Source: a virus
Taxonomy: Duplodnaviria; Heunggongvirae; Uroviricota; Caudoviricetes
Strand: one strand, 5' to 3'
DNA: 17,357 nt
Virus record (IMG/VR): IMGVR_UViG_2663762648_000006
Span: 1-17,357 of that record
Each line of letters opens with the position of its first letter. Position 1 is the first letter of the stretch. The notes under the pieces are model-generated. The model made no database searches. It was not told the DNA's origin and saw only the letters and a program-made list of their open reading frames with translations. Shown one piece after another: positions 16,060 to 17,357 of this stretch. The translations under genes were made by a program, and so were the position numbers.

Positions 16060-16349
16060 TGTTACCCGTTTTATGGCTACCATCTGCTCGTGATGATTTG
16101 CGCCAGATCGTAGCCTACATAGCTAAAGAAAATCCCGCGGCAGCACGCAGAATGAAAATTCGAATTGAAACATCCGTTTTGCCGCTCACAGAGCATCCTT
16201 ACCTGTATCCTCCAAGCGAGCGAGTTCTTGGTCTTCGTGAAATTGTAACTCATCCTAACTACATCATCCTTTACCGAGTAACAGCATCAAGCATAGAAGT
16301 AGTAAATATTGTGCATTCTCGAAGACAGTATCCAGGCAAAAACAGTTAA
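16059..16349 (+). CDS. Type II toxin, ParE/RelE family
   Basis: 96 aa with the pattern LPVLWLPSARDDLRQIVAYIAKENPAAA...REIVTHPNYIILYRV typical of ParE/RelE toxins. Confidence 0.75.
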   Translation: MLPVLWLPSARDDLRQIVAYIAKENPAAARRMKIRIETSVLPLTEHPYLYPPSERVLGLREIVTHPNYIILYRVTASSIEVVNIVHSRRQYPGKNS

Positions 16350-16365
16350 TTATTCCCGCCGACAG

Positions 16366-16390
16366 AACCACCTTAGGGTGGTTTTTTCTT
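16366..16390 (+). terminator. Rho-independent terminator after the toxin-antitoxin pair
   Basis: AACCACC-ttag-GGTGGTT followed by TTTTTTC. Confidence 0.75.
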
Positions 16391-16629
16391 GCCCCAACAA
16401 AAAACAATAGCGATGCTATTTACATCAAAAAAAAATAATGATGCTATTGTTTCAGGCGTCAACCCACCCCGCCCCACAGAATGCAGGGCAATACTTCGAG
16501 TTACCTGGCAGTGGTCAGGGGTTAAATAGCCAGCCCGAGGCGTAAGAACATGACGGCAGGGTTCAATCTTTAACTATGCAGCAGGTTTTTTGTTCCGCCA
16601 CCCCGGCGTTAAGGGGAAATGAGGTCAGC

Positions 16630-16782
16630 ATGGATACTATCGATCTTGGCAACAACGAATCTCTGGTGTGCGGCGTGTTCCCTAACCAGGATGGAACGTT
16701 TACCGCCATGACGTATACCAAAAGCAAAACGTTTAAAACCGAATCTGGCGCGCGTTGCTGGTTAGCCAGAAACACTGACTGA
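16630..16782 (+). CDS. Small hypothetical protein (possibly YdaF-like)
   Basis: 50 aa from the internal ATG at 16630, with GAGG 6 nt upstream. The stop overlaps the next start. Confidence 0.45.
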   Translation: MDTIDLGNNESLVCGVFPNQDGTFTAMTYTKSKTFKTESGARCWLARNTD

Positions 16783-17159
16783 TGAGGCTGACGATGGAAT
16801 TTAAAGATTTACCGTCTGATGTACAGAAAACAGCAGCTCATACATTGCATTCTGTGCTGCGAGAAATCGGGAAAGATATTGCAAGCGAGCCAGCAAAAGA
16901 TCTGGCCCGGAAAATCAAGACCGCTTTCGTTGAGCTTTATAATGTTGGCACTGACTCTGAAACTGTCGAGACCAAGACCGTAAGTTCACCAATATTCTCA
17001 CTTGAGCCAAGCGTATTATCAGGTGAAATATGCACCGAGATTTCCAGCGAACTGCTTCCGGTAATACGAGAAGCAATTCGCCGTCGCGGTTTGGATGGAA
17101 GTTATGATCATGACGTTCTGCAAGTTCTCAGGACAATGGTGACTTCACTGGGGATTTGA
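16782..17159 (+). CDS. Hypothetical early-left protein
   Basis: 125-aa ORF, translationally coupled to the preceding small gene. Confidence 0.5.
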   Translation: MRLTMEFKDLPSDVQKTAAHTLHSVLREIGKDIASEPAKDLARKIKTAFVELYNVGTDSETVETKTVSSPIFSLEPSVLSGEICTEISSELLPVIREAIRRRGLDGSYDHDVLQVLRTMVTSLGI

Positions 17160-17357
17160 TCCCTGCGTCCTCTAAGCTTTTGATATAGCGGTCCTCCAAG
17201 AAGCGGTAAATTTTGTCGAAATCATCTTTTCCCTCTGGTTTATTCAGAGGATTACAGGACCCGTAAGTAGCGGCATACATTTCAACCGTTTGGTAATGAC
17301 TCCAACTTATTGATAGTGTTTTATGTTCAGATAATGCCCGATGACTTTGTCATGCAG

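Overview
This window is a contiguous stretch of a lambdoid (Rac/21/HK97-mosaic) enterobacterial prophage. Almost all genes run on the minus strand, so the phage reads from high to low coordinates. In that order it contains: an immunity switch (divergent repressor and Cro/YdaS-like gene, then YdaT-like); a replication initiator gene with two internal iteron arrays; a run of small tightly overlapping early genes; two tandem mok/hok type I toxin copies; a low-GC lipoprotein gene; a DUF968 gene, RusA and a Q-like gene; a strong promoter driving four tRNA genes and ending at a tR'-like terminator; a phage-21-type lysis cassette (pinholin, SAR endolysin, Rz/Rz1) with one extra gene; a low-GC island carrying a plus-strand YfbU-family gene; and an HK97-type packaging module (HNH endonuclease, small and large terminase, portal truncated at the window edge). 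On the plus strand beyond the repressor sits a ParD/ParE-like type II toxin-antitoxin pair. All calls rest on reading the supplied translations and the DNA by eye; no database search was possible, so family names are recollection-based. I did not find a clear-cut novel multi-gene system. The best candidates for unexplored biology are the low-GC islands (YfbU-like gene, lipoprotein, orphan ORF at 11.4 kb), the extra lysis-cassette gene, and the duplicated hok locus with a palindromic insertion.
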